A stretch of DNA of 64,000 bases, from the NCBI GenBank assembly GCA_036676705.1, contig JAKFCJ010000207.1, forward strand, positions 15-64,014, given 5' to 3'. The position numbers and the translations under genes are program-made. Under the pieces are notes generated by a model. The model was given only the letters and a program-made list of their open reading frames with translations, was not told where the DNA came from and made no database searches. Source of the stretch: Bacteroidota bacterium. Lineage in GTDB: Bacteria; Bacteroidota; Bacteroidia; UBA8524. Shown here in pieces: positions 1 through 9,801 of the stretch (position 1 is the first letter of the stretch; each line of letters starts with the position of its first letter).

Positions 1-286
1 GGTAATGGAATTCAAAGGCTTCACCATGGGTAAAATAGACACCCTCCTTCCCATCCTCCAGAATACAATGATGGGCGGTATTCCCGGGCTCATGGAGAAA
101 AACCAGCTTTTTTTCGGATTGAAATACCAGGCTGTCGCGATGGTACTGATCGATCTGTATGATCACTTCTCCGCTTTGCAGGGCAAGTTCTTTTTTCCAG
201 GCGCGCGCCAGAAAAGCCTCTGCATCATCAATTTGAGCCATAAGCGTCAGACTGAACAGTACGAATACAGATGTCAGGTAAACTTT
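1..286 (-). CDS. Partial ORF missed by the track: secreted hypothetical protein with an N-terminal signal peptide (MKVYLTSVFVLFSLTLMAQ...). It runs off the window start
   Basis: Reverse-complement translation from the ATG at 286 is open to position 1. The N-terminus looks like a signal peptide. It sits 12 bp downstream of the 299..1810 gene on the same strand. Confidence 0.4.
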
Positions 287-298
287 CATTTTTGGCGC

Positions 299-1810
299 CT
301 AGTTGGTAATTTTTAGCAAAAGCAGATCCTGCCCAGGGAAATAGAGAGCCGTATCGTGGTAGAACGAGTCGGGAATGGCATTATACCCGTTATATCCGGC
401 GTATTCCCGCTTGTCTGTGTAGATATAATAATAATCAACTTTCGCCATACGAACACTATCCGCATCGCCCTGTATTAGTTCCACCCAGGGATAGTTGTTT
501 GTATTTTTCACATGCCTCATCGAGACGTTAATGATCCAGCTATGGTCGAGATAAAGCGTATCCTGCCTTTGTTGCCCTTCTTTGTTCAGGTAATCCATGA
601 CCTCCTCCGATCTCGCGTCGAAAGGCCAGGAATAGCTATAACTCAGGTTCGCCAAATGTACAAAGTTGACAAGGGCCGCCAGGCTCAGGATAGTCATGCC
701 AGACAAGGCAATTTTTCCATACGGCTTATCCACCGCCAATTCGCAGGCAGCAAGCACCATCCAGACCAGGGGCAGAAGAAATACCAGCGCGGTTCGCTCG
801 ACTAGAAATGGCGTTCTGAAAAGTTGGTTTTGGAGCAGGGATGAAAGGCAGAGCATGACAAAAAGCAACGCGAACATGAAGAAAGGTGTTCCTAAACTTT
901 GTTTGGGCGCCTTTTCCTTCCTCAGGTAAATGAGGCAGCTCAGGACCAGCTGAAGGGCGATGGTCAGCAGGACGAAATGGGCAATGCGATCCGGCGTTTC
1001 GAAACCCATAATTCCGAGAAATAAGGAAGTGAATGTATCATAGACCAGGCCGGTTTGGCCCCCATACCAGAGTTCATCGCCCAGTCTTAACTTGATGATG
1101 GGCTTAATGATAATGGCGAAAAGGATAAGCGTGGGAATTGCAAGGCCTGAGGTTAAGGTTGAGGTTGGGTGCCTGCCGTAACGCAGGGGAAGGAGGGAGG
1201 GTTTTATCCAGGCCAGGTAAACGAGAACGGGAAGGAGGGCCAGATAGAAATTAAGCCAGGTGAAATTGGCGAGGACCGCGAGGGCAGCAAAGGTTAAGGT
1301 TAAGGTTGCGTGCCCGCCGAAACGCATGTGAAGGCGGGAGGTTGAGTGCCCGCGGTATTGGTCCAGGTAATAGAGACTCGCTGTGGTGAATGCGAGGGCC
1401 ATTCCGTAACCCCGGGTGAGGCTGAAAAATTCGAGCAGAAAGGGATTGAAAAAGCAGAGCACAAAAGCCATGACCTGCAGGGAAGTTGAAGACAGCCTGC
1501 GCAGGAGCCGGATACTGAACCAGGCATAAAGTAAAAATGCCAGCACGTTTGGAAGCCGGTAGAGGAAGGGTTCTGACAAGGCGAACAAGGTTTTGTTCTG
1601 CTGAATCAGCCAGACAAAGAGTGAATTCAACAGATGGGAATTCGAGCCAAGGCCCTGGTAGGTGAAGATATCGGTAAATGTGCGGTCAGCAAGGGAATCA
1701 ATCGTCCAGAGTTCGTCGTAAGTGAGCGGAATGACCGTTGCCCGCAGGATGACATAAATGAAACAAAGAAGTGCGGCAAGCTGTGGCCAATAAGGGATCC
1801 ATTTCTTCAT
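299..1810 (-). CDS. Polytopic membrane glycosyltransferase, GT39/GT83-like (ArnT/PMT-type). An N-terminal loop carries a DE motif (PLTYDELW)
   Basis: 503 aa with more than 10 predicted TM helices. The DE motif is in the first periplasmic loop. The protein contains an internal nucleotide-level duplicated segment. Confidence 0.55.
   Translation of the reverse strand: MKKWIPYWPQLAALLCFIYVILRATVIPLTYDELWTIDSLADRTFTDIFTYQGLGSNSHLLNSLFVWLIQQNKTLFALSEPFLYRLPNVLAFLLYAWFSIRLLRRLSSTSLQVMAFVLCFFNPFLLEFFSLTRGYGMALAFTTASLYYLDQYRGHSTSRLHMRFGGHATLTLTFAALAVLANFTWLNFYLALLPVLVYLAWIKPSLLPLRYGRHPTSTLTSGLAIPTLILFAIIIKPIIKLRLGDELWYGGQTGLVYDTFTSLFLGIMGFETPDRIAHFVLLTIALQLVLSCLIYLRKEKAPKQSLGTPFFMFALLFVMLCLSSLLQNQLFRTPFLVERTALVFLLPLVWMVLAACELAVDKPYGKIALSGMTILSLAALVNFVHLANLSYSYSWPFDARSEEVMDYLNKEGQQRQDTLYLDHSWIINVSMRHVKNTNNYPWVELIQGDADSVRMAKVDYYYIYTDKREYAGYNGYNAIPDSFYHDTALYFPGQDLLLLKITN
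1151..1204. repeat. Intragenic copy A of the GGTTRA-hexamer plus GC-hairpin mini-element
   Basis: ggttaaggttgaggttgggtgcctgccgtaacgcaggggaaggagggagg is about 85 percent identical to copy B at 1291..1345. Its hexamer head is shared with the intergenic elements at 47914 and 62872. Confidence 0.5.
1291..1345. repeat. Intragenic copy B of the GGTTRA-hexamer plus GC-hairpin mini-element
   Basis: ggttaaggttaaggttgcgtgcccgccgaaacgcatgtgaaggcgggagg. It has a cccgcc/ggcggg stem. Confidence 0.5.
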
Positions 1811-1873
1811 CCGCCAACAAGTTCGTCAATTTTAGGGAAATAACAATCTGCGACTTATTCCTATCTTTCCGCC

Positions 1874-3727
1874 ATGAAACAGGCGAAATATAGCTTGGGG
1901 GTTTTGTTGCTTTCCATGGCTGTTATCTTCATTATCCGGGTATTGATCGCGGATAGCGCCAACTCACTCACCTGGGATGTATTTGGCTATTACCTCTACC
2001 TCCCCGCCTATTTTATTTATGATGATCCTACCCTCCAAAATATGGATTGGGTCAATCATATCATTGAAACCTACCATTCAACCGGCACCTTGTACCAGGC
2101 TGTTCAGGTTGAGTCGGGCAACTGGGTGATGCGTTACCCCGGCGGACCGGCACTTTTGAACTTACCGGCTTTTTTGCTGGCAGATAATCTTGCCGAACCC
2201 CTGGGTTATGTGCGCGACGGCTTCTCCAAACCCTACCAGTTTGCCTGGGTATTCGGGAGCATGCTTTATGCTTTTGTTGGCCTCATTTTTTCACGAAAAC
2301 TACTGCTGAAATTCTTTTCCGACCAATGGACAGCCGGGATACTGGTTCTTCTCGTCTTTGCCACCAATTACCTTGAGATAGCCACCTACGCCAATCCCCT
2401 TTCGCATAATTTTCTTTTTGCTTTATATGCCATCGCCCTTTATGCAATAAGCAGCTGGTCGGAGAAGATCCCCTTGGGCAGCGCATTAGGGGTTGGCGTG
2501 CTCATCGGACTGATCACCATGTGCCGGCCGAATGAAGGGCTTTTTATCCTGATACCCCTTCTCTGGAAATGTGCTCCATGGAGTTCGTCAGTACCCTATT
2601 CCACTTTTCTAAGAAACAATATCAAGGCTTTTCTCCTCGCAGCCCTGGGTTTGTTTCTGGGAGGATTGCCACAACTTCTTTACTGGAAATATGCAAGTGG
2701 AGAATGGCTCTTCTACTCTTACCAGGATAACGGCGTTGGCTTCGATCTTTTTGCTCCACATACCCGGGAATTCCTTTTCAGCTACCGTAAAGGCTGGTTT
2801 GTCTATACTCCGGTCATGCTTCTCGCAACCCTTGGTTTTATCCGGCTCTATCGGGTAAAAAGGAAGCTTTTTATTCCCTTTTTTGTCTTCTTCCTGCTCA
2901 ATCTCTATATCGTTTCTGCCTGGTCGGTTTGGTGGTATGGAGGAGGCAGCTATAGTTCCAGATCCATGGTTTCTGCTTATTTGATCATGGCTTTTCCCCT
3001 GGGTTATTTATTGATGTGGTTAAAAGAAAAAGGGAAGCTGATCTGGACCGTTACGCTGGCATTATTGGCTATTATGATCGTATTGAACCTCTTTCAATTC
3101 TGGCAGTTTAAAGCCAGGATCATAGATGGAGAGCGAATGACAGGGGCCTACTACTGGCGCATTTTCGGAAAAACATCCATACCTGAAGGTGCTGAAAAAT
3201 TCATGCTGGTTGAACGCCAGGCGGTGGCGCATGAGCAGATGCCCGGGGATACCAGTCATTTAACCCGGGATATACTTTTTGAAGAATGGCTGGGAACAAC
3301 ATCGAACCAGGAAAATCAGGTGAAACTCGACTGGCCGGATGGAAGCAGGGAAGCTGTTTGCCAGCTGGACGAAAGCCATCCTTATACCCGGGCTTTTGAG
3401 ATGGGGTATAAAGAAATCACCTCCAAAGAATACGCCTGGCTAAGGATAAACGCAGAAATTTACATCCCCGATTCGGTGAATGCAGAGCCGCCCATGCTGG
3501 TTACGCATTTTATGTACAAAGAGCGGCCATACAAATACACCACCACCGAATACCTGGGGCCTGCCCTTAAAAAAGGAGAGTGGCAACGTATCAGTATGGA
3601 CTACATGACCCCGGAGGTGAGGACTAAGGCGGATAAGGTAAAAATATTTCTTTGGTACCGGGGAAAAGACCCCATTTATGCGCGGAGTTTGGAGATTATC
3701 AAATACGAGCCTAAAACTGCTCCATAA
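1874..3727 (+). CDS. Polytopic membrane protein, probably a second GT39/ArnT-like glycosyltransferase. It is divergent from the 299..1810 gene
   Basis: 617 aa with a multi-TM N-terminal half and a soluble C-terminal domain, an architecture typical of PMT/ArnT-like enzymes. Confidence 0.45.
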   Translation: MKQAKYSLGVLLLSMAVIFIIRVLIADSANSLTWDVFGYYLYLPAYFIYDDPTLQNMDWVNHIIETYHSTGTLYQAVQVESGNWVMRYPGGPALLNLPAFLLADNLAEPLGYVRDGFSKPYQFAWVFGSMLYAFVGLIFSRKLLLKFFSDQWTAGILVLLVFATNYLEIATYANPLSHNFLFALYAIALYAISSWSEKIPLGSALGVGVLIGLITMCRPNEGLFILIPLLWKCAPWSSSVPYSTFLRNNIKAFLLAALGLFLGGLPQLLYWKYASGEWLFYSYQDNGVGFDLFAPHTREFLFSYRKGWFVYTPVMLLATLGFIRLYRVKRKLFIPFFVFFLLNLYIVSAWSVWWYGGGSYSSRSMVSAYLIMAFPLGYLLMWLKEKGKLIWTVTLALLAIMIVLNLFQFWQFKARIIDGERMTGAYYWRIFGKTSIPEGAEKFMLVERQAVAHEQMPGDTSHLTRDILFEEWLGTTSNQENQVKLDWPDGSREAVCQLDESHPYTRAFEMGYKEITSKEYAWLRINAEIYIPDSVNAEPPMLVTHFMYKERPYKYTTTEYLGPALKKGEWQRISMDYMTPEVRTKADKVKIFLWYRGKDPIYARSLEIIKYEPKTAP

Positions 3728-4121
3728 GATCCGCAACCTGTTTCACAACCGCAATATCGGCAGGCGCCCAATTCATGTGTGGCAGGTCATGGTGGCTTAG
3801 CCAACGAAATTCTTCATGTTCCTGGAGCCGGATCTCTCCTGCAGGCAATTCACAAACGATGGGAATGAGGCGGATGAGTTCCTTGTTATCCTGCCACCAT
3901 ACATGGGTGAGGGTCATAATGGGAATAACCTGGACAGAAAGCTCCTCTTCAATTTCCCGGATGATGGCATTTTTTTGGGTTTCTTCAAATTCCACCTTTC
4001 CTCCCGGAAACTCCCAATGCCCGGCCAAACGCTGCTTTTCCGAACGTTTAACTGCCAATACCTGACTGTTTTTCAGGATGATGGCACAAACAACGTTTAG
4101 ATATGGCTTCTCCATAATCAA
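3711..4121 (-). CDS. NUDIX hydrolase (MutT-like nucleoside triphosphate pyrophosphohydrolase)
   Basis: Nudix box GKVEFEETQKNAIIREIEEELSV (G-x5-E-x7-REuxEEL). Confidence 0.8.
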   Translation of the reverse strand: MIMEKPYLNVVCAIILKNSQVLAVKRSEKQRLAGHWEFPGGKVEFEETQKNAIIREIEEELSVQVIPIMTLTHVWWQDNKELIRLIPIVCELPAGEIRLQEHEEFRWLSHHDLPHMNWAPADIAVVKQVADLMEQF

Positions 4122-5377
4122 GAAAGTATGCGTAAACGAACATCGCCGATCCTGGCATGCTGCAAACTGAGAATGTGGAACTCAAAGCGGTCAATAGCCA
4201 GCGTTTCGCCTTTTTCAGGCAAACTTTCGTAACGGGCTATGATATACCCCCCCAGGGTTTCATACTCTCCTTCCGGGATGTTAAGTTCGTAAGTTTCATT
4301 CAAATAATCAACTTCCAAACGCGCAGAAAGCCGAAATTCTGTGTCACTGATCTTTTCTTCGGTCAGGTTTTCTATATCGTGCTCATCATCGATCTCTCCA
4401 AAGATCTCTTCAAGAATATCTTCGATGGTAACGATACCCGCCGTTCCTCCAAATTCATCAACAACCACCGCTAAACTTTTGCGGTTGGCTGTAAATTTTT
4501 TCAAAAGCTCATTGGCCGGCATGGATTCCGTTGCGATCACAATGGGGATCATACTGGCTTTGATACTTTCCGGTTTATGGAACAGATCAACCTGATGCAC
4601 GTACCCGATAATATTGTCAACCGAATCTTTATACACCAGCACCTTGGAATGGCCGCTTTCTATAAAGGTATCCCAAAGGTCTTCGATGGTATCATTAAGT
4701 TCAACGGCCACTACCTCATTCCTGGGCACCATACATTCGCGCACCTTTACCTGGTCGAAATCCAACGCGTTACGGAAAACTTCCGTATCCAATTCCGACT
4801 CTTCTTCCGTATCCATATTGATACTTTCGGAGATATAATGGTCGAGGTCGACCTTGGTAAAAAGCAGTTCCTTTTGTTCTTTGTCATTTCCGGTGAGGAG
4901 ACGAAGAAAATGTTCGGCCAGCCAGTTAACAGCCCAGACCAAAGGCCATAGCAGGTAATAAATAACCTGGAAAGGGAATATCATGGGCGGAAGCAGGGTA
5001 TCCGCATTGAGGTTAAAAATTACTTTAGGAAGAAACTCAGCCACGACCAGGATCAATAAGGTCGATAGCAGGGTTTGGATCATCAGGTTTAAAAACTCGT
5101 AGGATGCCCAGGGAGCCGTGTCAAACCAGTGAAACAAGACTCCTTCCATAAAAATACCATAAATAACAAGCGCCACATTATTGCCTACAAGCACGGTACT
5201 GATAAAACGAGAAGGTCGTTTTATGTAGTTGGAAAGGATCTTTCCCCATAAAACGCCTTGCTTATTTTTTAACTCGATACGTAGCTTGTTCGACGATAAA
5301 AAGGCGATCTCAATCCCTGAAAAAAAGGCAGAGAGAATAAGCATGAATAAGATAACAAGTCCCGAATGACTATCCAT
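4118..5377 (-). CDS. CNNM/CorC-HlyC family membrane protein with DUF21, two CBS domains and a CorC_HlyC domain. This is the Bacteroidota GldE-like protein
   Basis: 419 aa. It has an N-terminal 4-TM DUF21 domain, then CBS domains, and a C-terminal transporter-associated domain (LNIPEGEYETLGGYI). Confidence 0.8.
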   Translation of the reverse strand: MDSHSGLVILFMLILSAFFSGIEIAFLSSNKLRIELKNKQGVLWGKILSNYIKRPSRFISTVLVGNNVALVIYGIFMEGVLFHWFDTAPWASYEFLNLMIQTLLSTLLILVVAEFLPKVIFNLNADTLLPPMIFPFQVIYYLLWPLVWAVNWLAEHFLRLLTGNDKEQKELLFTKVDLDHYISESINMDTEEESELDTEVFRNALDFDQVKVRECMVPRNEVVAVELNDTIEDLWDTFIESGHSKVLVYKDSVDNIIGYVHQVDLFHKPESIKASMIPIVIATESMPANELLKKFTANRKSLAVVVDEFGGTAGIVTIEDILEEIFGEIDDEHDIENLTEEKISDTEFRLSARLEVDYLNETYELNIPEGEYETLGGYIIARYESLPEKGETLAIDRFEFHILSLQHARIGDVRLRILS

Positions 5378-5398
5378 GGAAGGGTGCAGTACTACAAA

Positions 5399-5611
5399 TT
5401 ACTGCCTTTTTTTTGGCTTTGTGGTTTTTAATGGGGATTTTCTTTTGAGAAAGATCCAGACCCCAAGAAGCAAGGTGAACAGGTAGAATACGTAAAATTT
5501 GGAACGTAAGGGTCCTTCGGCGATCAAAACCCAGGTACCCACCAAAAAGGAAAGTCCTGCAAGCACGATCCAGGCAATCCGATTAATCTTTTTCATTGAC
5601 ACTAATTTCAC
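5399..5611 (-). CDS. Small two-TM membrane protein, hypothetical
   Basis: 70 aa hydrophobic ORF wedged between the LptC-like and GldE-like genes on the same strand. Confidence 0.35.
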   Translation of the reverse strand: MKLVSMKKINRIAWIVLAGLSFLVGTWVLIAEGPLRSKFYVFYLFTLLLGVWIFLKRKSPLKTTKPKKRQ

Positions 5612-6143
5612 CTTTCACCTTAAATATCCGGTATTCCGTAAAGTTCTGATTTGACTCAAACCCTTCGCCGTAGATAATATTTTCAGGCGTTGTAATTTTA
5701 ACAAAAGCATCGGTATAAATTTTTCCGGTGTTCTGGTCCCAGATGAGTTTATCCGTATTCAGCTTTTCATTTTTGTAGTTGTAAAGCTGCACATCGTTCC
5801 TGAGTTCAACGATCTTTTTAAAGTCATAGGAGATGCCATAATTGGCTTTGAGCGAATTCTCAACCGTCCCCTGCGACCCGTAAAAATTTCCCTTCACGCC
5901 CCGGTCAAAGGTGGTAAATGTCTCTTTTCCCGGATGGCGGTCCAGTACGGGTGCTGTAATAATGGCCTTCAGCAAACCCGAATCGCTGAAACGCATTTCT
6001 ACGTTTTCGGCATGTTCGGTAAAAACCGAATCATTCAGGATCTTTTCTACCTTTTCTTTGTCTTTGCTGAGGTCGCAAGAGTTGAAAAAAAAGGCAAAAC
6101 AAAACCCGAAAAGTAAGGCGCTGTATCCTTTTTTAAGGGGCAT
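5583..6143 (-). CDS. Lipoprotein or periplasmic protein, possibly LptC/OstA-like. GldD is the alternative
   Basis: The internal start MPLKKGYSALLFGFCFAFFFNSC gives a lipobox. The predicted protein is about 190 aa and beta-rich. The gene sits upstream of the gldE-like gene rather than downstream. Confidence 0.4.
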   Translation of the reverse strand: MPLKKGYSALLFGFCFAFFFNSCDLSKDKEKVEKILNDSVFTEHAENVEMRFSDSGLLKAIITAPVLDRHPGKETFTTFDRGVKGNFYGSQGTVENSLKANYGISYDFKKIVELRNDVQLYNYKNEKLNTDKLIWDQNTGKIYTDAFVKITTPENIIYGEGFESNQNFTEYRIFKVKGEISVNEKD

Positions 6144-6175
6144 TACTTTTCGGGTTTGAACGGATATCATGCTAT

Positions 6176-7693
6176 TTAGTCGAGGTACCTGGCCGTAGTA
6201 CTGAGGTTCGGGTAACAACCTAGGGTATAGGTATTTCCTTCGTGAATGCTCCGGAAAAACCCATCTGCCTTTTTCGGGAAATAGCGGCTGTATGTGGCAA
6301 TACGCCGGTTAGCAGCTCCTGCTATACCTGAGTCCACATTTTTCGCTTTGATGTACTGATCCACAACGATCCAATAGATCGCTTTGGCATCGAATTCATC
6401 TGAGCATCCGCTTGCAGCCTGCAGGTAAGCATCCCCGATCAGAATATAGGCCTCTCCTTTATTCGGATTGATGGAAAGTGCTTTTTCAGCATAATTTTTT
6501 GCCTGCATATGGTTTCTGTTTGCCAGGGCAATTTTCGCCATGGTGATATAATCATTCACCTTGAGCACGTCATCGCTTTCGCTGTTAACCGCATTTTGAT
6601 AAACCTCCAGGGCTTTGCTGTAATTTTTTCTACCTCTGTAGGCAGAAGCCAGGTTTCTATATCCAACCGCATTCGGATTCAGTTTCAGGTAAGCTTCGGA
6701 AACCTTGAAATACAGGTCGGTATTGGTACATTTGGCATTATTGAGGAAGAGGAGGATCTTATCCATCAACTCAATATTGGTAGGATCTGCGTTAAATTTC
6801 GGAGTATAAATATTCGCCAAAGTCTCACAGTCAAGATAAGGCGCCGCCATTGTATTCAAATTCTCCTGGGCAACCGACCAGGCTTCTTTAACGGCATAAA
6901 CCACGGATCCTTCCGGTTCGGTGATCACCTTGTCAACGGTAATGTCAATACTGTCAATATTCGTGATCCTGTATTGGGGCGAATTATAATTCGGTCTTAA
7001 AGTAATGAGCATCCCCTCTTTAAGGGTTTCTGCTTTATCCGAGGTAAAGGTGTTTTCTACCAGTCCGGCAATGGTCAATTCTGTCGTGTACAATCCGAGT
7101 TTGGTTGTCGCTCCCGGGTGTTTCACATTGTAATCGACGATACGGGTAAGGTCCTCATAAGCCTTGAGGATATCATCCTTGGTCCGGAGTTTCTTTTTCT
7201 CCAGTGCGATCAGGGTCCTGAAATAAGGCACGATCAGGTTATTTTCTACAGCAACACTATCCAAACGCATGGATTCTTCGATCAGGGCAATTCCTGCTTC
7301 CGGATTTTTCTTATCCAGTTCCAACAGGGTGCTTCCCCATTTTCCTTTTACATACCCTTCTCTTCCGAAATATTCGATACGGCGTTTGTAAATAAGGACC
7401 ATGGTATCCAAAAGCTCGAGTTTACGCACCGAGTCTTTGGCCTGGCTGTATCTCCATTCGTAGATCTCAATTCCGTCTACATAAAATTGTTCTTTATGAC
7501 AGGGTGCATTGTGCCAGATATATAACCAGGGTTCGTAGGCCGATTCAAATTGTTTGAATTTGACGTCCTCATGCATCAGGGAATAATTACGAATGGTAAG
7601 GGCGCTATCTTTTCCGTTAGGATCGCAGCCGATTACCTGTGCCTGCGATTTCATGCTCAATAAAACAATACCAAAAAACAGCATTCTTTTCAT
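6176..7693 (-). CDS. Secreted TPR-repeat protein
   Basis: A signal peptide begins at the internal Met (MKRMLFFGIVLLSMKSQAQ). Multiple TPR-like helical repeats follow. Confidence 0.7.
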   Translation of the reverse strand: MKRMLFFGIVLLSMKSQAQVIGCDPNGKDSALTIRNYSLMHEDVKFKQFESAYEPWLYIWHNAPCHKEQFYVDGIEIYEWRYSQAKDSVRKLELLDTMVLIYKRRIEYFGREGYVKGKWGSTLLELDKKNPEAGIALIEESMRLDSVAVENNLIVPYFRTLIALEKKKLRTKDDILKAYEDLTRIVDYNVKHPGATTKLGLYTTELTIAGLVENTFTSDKAETLKEGMLITLRPNYNSPQYRITNIDSIDITVDKVITEPEGSVVYAVKEAWSVAQENLNTMAAPYLDCETLANIYTPKFNADPTNIELMDKILLFLNNAKCTNTDLYFKVSEAYLKLNPNAVGYRNLASAYRGRKNYSKALEVYQNAVNSESDDVLKVNDYITMAKIALANRNHMQAKNYAEKALSINPNKGEAYILIGDAYLQAASGCSDEFDAKAIYWIVVDQYIKAKNVDSGIAGAANRRIATYSRYFPKKADGFFRSIHEGNTYTLGCYPNLSTTARYLD

Positions 7694-7697
7694 GTTC

Positions 7698-9077
7698 TCA
7701 CTCAATTTTACGTTTGTTAAACCATTTGTCGTTGAGAGAAACTCCCACAACAAATCGCCAATAATTTTCTTTGATCAGGTTATTTGTTAATGTTCCTCGT
7801 TGAAGGTATTCAACCGAAATGTCGAGACTCGAAAAAATGTAGTCGTATTTAAACTCTTCATTTACGGTTCTTGTCCTCAATGGTAAGCCTATGCCAAAAC
7901 TGATGCCAAGATCGGTAATATCCGTTTCATTAAAGCGCATAAAGGTCTTGCCATAGCGTGCTCCTAAACGGTATTCTGCCTTTGCCAGATACGGGACTTT
8001 TTCATCATACACCTTTAATGAGGGCTTCCATGCAAAGCCAATTCCACCCTGCCAGGCATCCGTCAGGTTCTGGGTCTCAAAGGGGCTTCGGAACTCCGAC
8101 CAGCGTTGCATTCTGTAATCCAGGGCCAGGCGCCATTGATCATCTTTTCCGGAAAGCATATAACCAAACCCGAAAGAACTGGGCAGGGTCGTTTTCCCTT
8201 TTTGAGAGTCATCCAACAAAACGGTATCCAGCACATACTCGCGGTCTCCGGAGAGCACATAGGTTCTGGCAAAAAAGGTCCGGTCGTTATTGAGCTGGGT
8301 GGAAAGAGAATAGGTCAGGCCAAAGTGGTGTTTGATATAAGCGGAGTCTTTGCGAATGGTCTCTTTTCCGATCGCTGAATCATACCCCCGTTTTTCTTTT
8401 ACAACAAGCTGCCGGGTATAATACTGGGCTCCCGCTTCATACATAAAGCCACGAACAAAGTCGGTTGAACTTTCCCGGTAGTTTTGCTGCGCACTGGTAT
8501 TCGGATATTCGATGGACCGGGTAAGGGAGGTTTGTCCATGTAAAAAGGAGACGTTCGCTCCCACGGAAAAGTGGGTGCCGATGGTTTTGCCGGTACCCAA
8601 AAAGTAGCGGGTGATCCCTCCGTTTCCGCTCAACACATCACGGTAATTCCCCTGGGTACTGTCGTGTTCGAAAACGATGTTATACGACAGGCTGCTATAG
8701 GGAGTTGCCCCAAAAGCAAATCCCCAGTTTTTTTTCTTGTTCACCTGAAAACCGAGCGCGAAGTAGTTTAAAGCAGCACCGTTAGTAGCCAGCTTTTGAT
8801 CTCCCTGGGCGATGGTCCCAAAAAAACTGCGTGCCCCGAATTTAAAATTGGTCCGGGTAAGTGCACTATAGGATGCCGGATTGAGCAGGTACAGGTTCAT
8901 CGGACTGCGCATGGCGGTACCGGTTTGTCCCATCGCCTGCTGGTCGGCAAAACCCTGGAAAAAGGTTTGTCCCATTCCAAAACGGGAGTAGGGCGACTGG
9001 GTCAATATCTGTGCATGCAGGGTCGTTCCCAAAACGAACAAAACAGAAGTGAAAACGAGTAGTGAGGCTTTACGCAT
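7698..9077 (-). CDS. Outer-membrane beta-barrel protein, hypothetical
   Basis: Signal peptide MRKASLLVFTSVLFVLGTTLHAQ. The sequence has alternating aromatic/hydrophilic beta-strand character and a C-terminal aromatic residue pattern. Confidence 0.5.
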   Translation of the reverse strand: MRKASLLVFTSVLFVLGTTLHAQILTQSPYSRFGMGQTFFQGFADQQAMGQTGTAMRSPMNLYLLNPASYSALTRTNFKFGARSFFGTIAQGDQKLATNGAALNYFALGFQVNKKKNWGFAFGATPYSSLSYNIVFEHDSTQGNYRDVLSGNGGITRYFLGTGKTIGTHFSVGANVSFLHGQTSLTRSIEYPNTSAQQNYRESSTDFVRGFMYEAGAQYYTRQLVVKEKRGYDSAIGKETIRKDSAYIKHHFGLTYSLSTQLNNDRTFFARTYVLSGDREYVLDTVLLDDSQKGKTTLPSSFGFGYMLSGKDDQWRLALDYRMQRWSEFRSPFETQNLTDAWQGGIGFAWKPSLKVYDEKVPYLAKAEYRLGARYGKTFMRFNETDITDLGISFGIGLPLRTRTVNEEFKYDYIFSSLDISVEYLQRGTLTNNLIKENYWRFVVGVSLNDKWFNKRKIE

Positions 9078-9801
9078 TGAGCGATTGCTTATATTGACGA
9101 ATAGTGTTCAAACCGATCAGTACCAGATTTGGCGCTGCAAATATGCCCTTTTTAAGGTTCTTCTCAAAGAAGGAGGCATCTCCCCCGGTAATCAGGACTT
9201 TAAGCCCCGGAAATTTTTCTTCGTATTGGCGGATCTGGTGTTGCGTTTCCCCCAAAACACCTTGTTTTACACCCTGGAGCATGCTGGTTCGGGTACTGTC
9301 CCCGATAAACCCCTCCGGCTCTTCCCAACTGAGCAGGGGTAATTTTCCTGTGAAGGTATGCATGGCTTTTAATCGCATTTCTATTCCCGGACTAATACTT
9401 CCTCCAAAATAATTCCCTTTTTCATCCATAATATCAAACGTGATACAGGAGCCCGCGTCGATAACCAGGCAGGCCGAACCAGGGAACAAATACCGTGCGC
9501 CGCAAATAGCTGCAATACGGTCTTTACCCAGGGTAGACGGAGTAGTATACTGAATGGTTACAGGCAGGGTTGAATCCAGGTCCAGTATTTCATAATCAAA
9601 ACCCAGGTCTCCAGGTTCCGGAAGGGTTTGTACGCTCGACATAAACCAAGTGCCGGGTTTGTGGCGGGCATGTGTTTTTTGTATGGATGTCCATTCCCCA
9701 TAAAGCGAATTACCGCTTTCAACGAGTGTTTCCCCATCGAACACCGCCCATTTGACACGTGAATTTCCGATATCAATGATGCCGTTCATAATTCTACCCA
9801 C
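9070..9801 (-). CDS. coaX: Type III pantothenate kinase
   Basis: The N-terminus is IIDIGNSRVKWAVF and the protein is 243 aa. It overlaps birA by 16 bp. Confidence 0.85.
   Translation of the reverse strand: MGRIMNGIIDIGNSRVKWAVFDGETLVESGNSLYGEWTSIQKTHARHKPGTWFMSSVQTLPEPGDLGFDYEILDLDSTLPVTIQYTTPSTLGKDRIAAICGARYLFPGSACLVIDAGSCITFDIMDEKGNYFGGSISPGIEMRLKAMHTFTGKLPLLSWEEPEGFIGDSTRTSMLQGVKQGVLGETQHQIRQYEEKFPGLKVLITGGDASFFEKNLKKGIFAAPNLVLIGLNTIRQYKQSLNA

Noticed and set aside
5-316. 103-aa plus-strand ORF at the window start
   Set aside because: The opposite strand encodes a better partial ORF with a signal peptide (1..286, minus) in operon position after the 299..1810 gene.
5583-6218. GldD assignment for the lipoprotein next to the gldE-like gene
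   Set aside because: It is upstream, not downstream, of the CorC/GldE-like gene, and it has an OstA/LptC-like beta-rich character. It is kept as LptC-like with low confidence.
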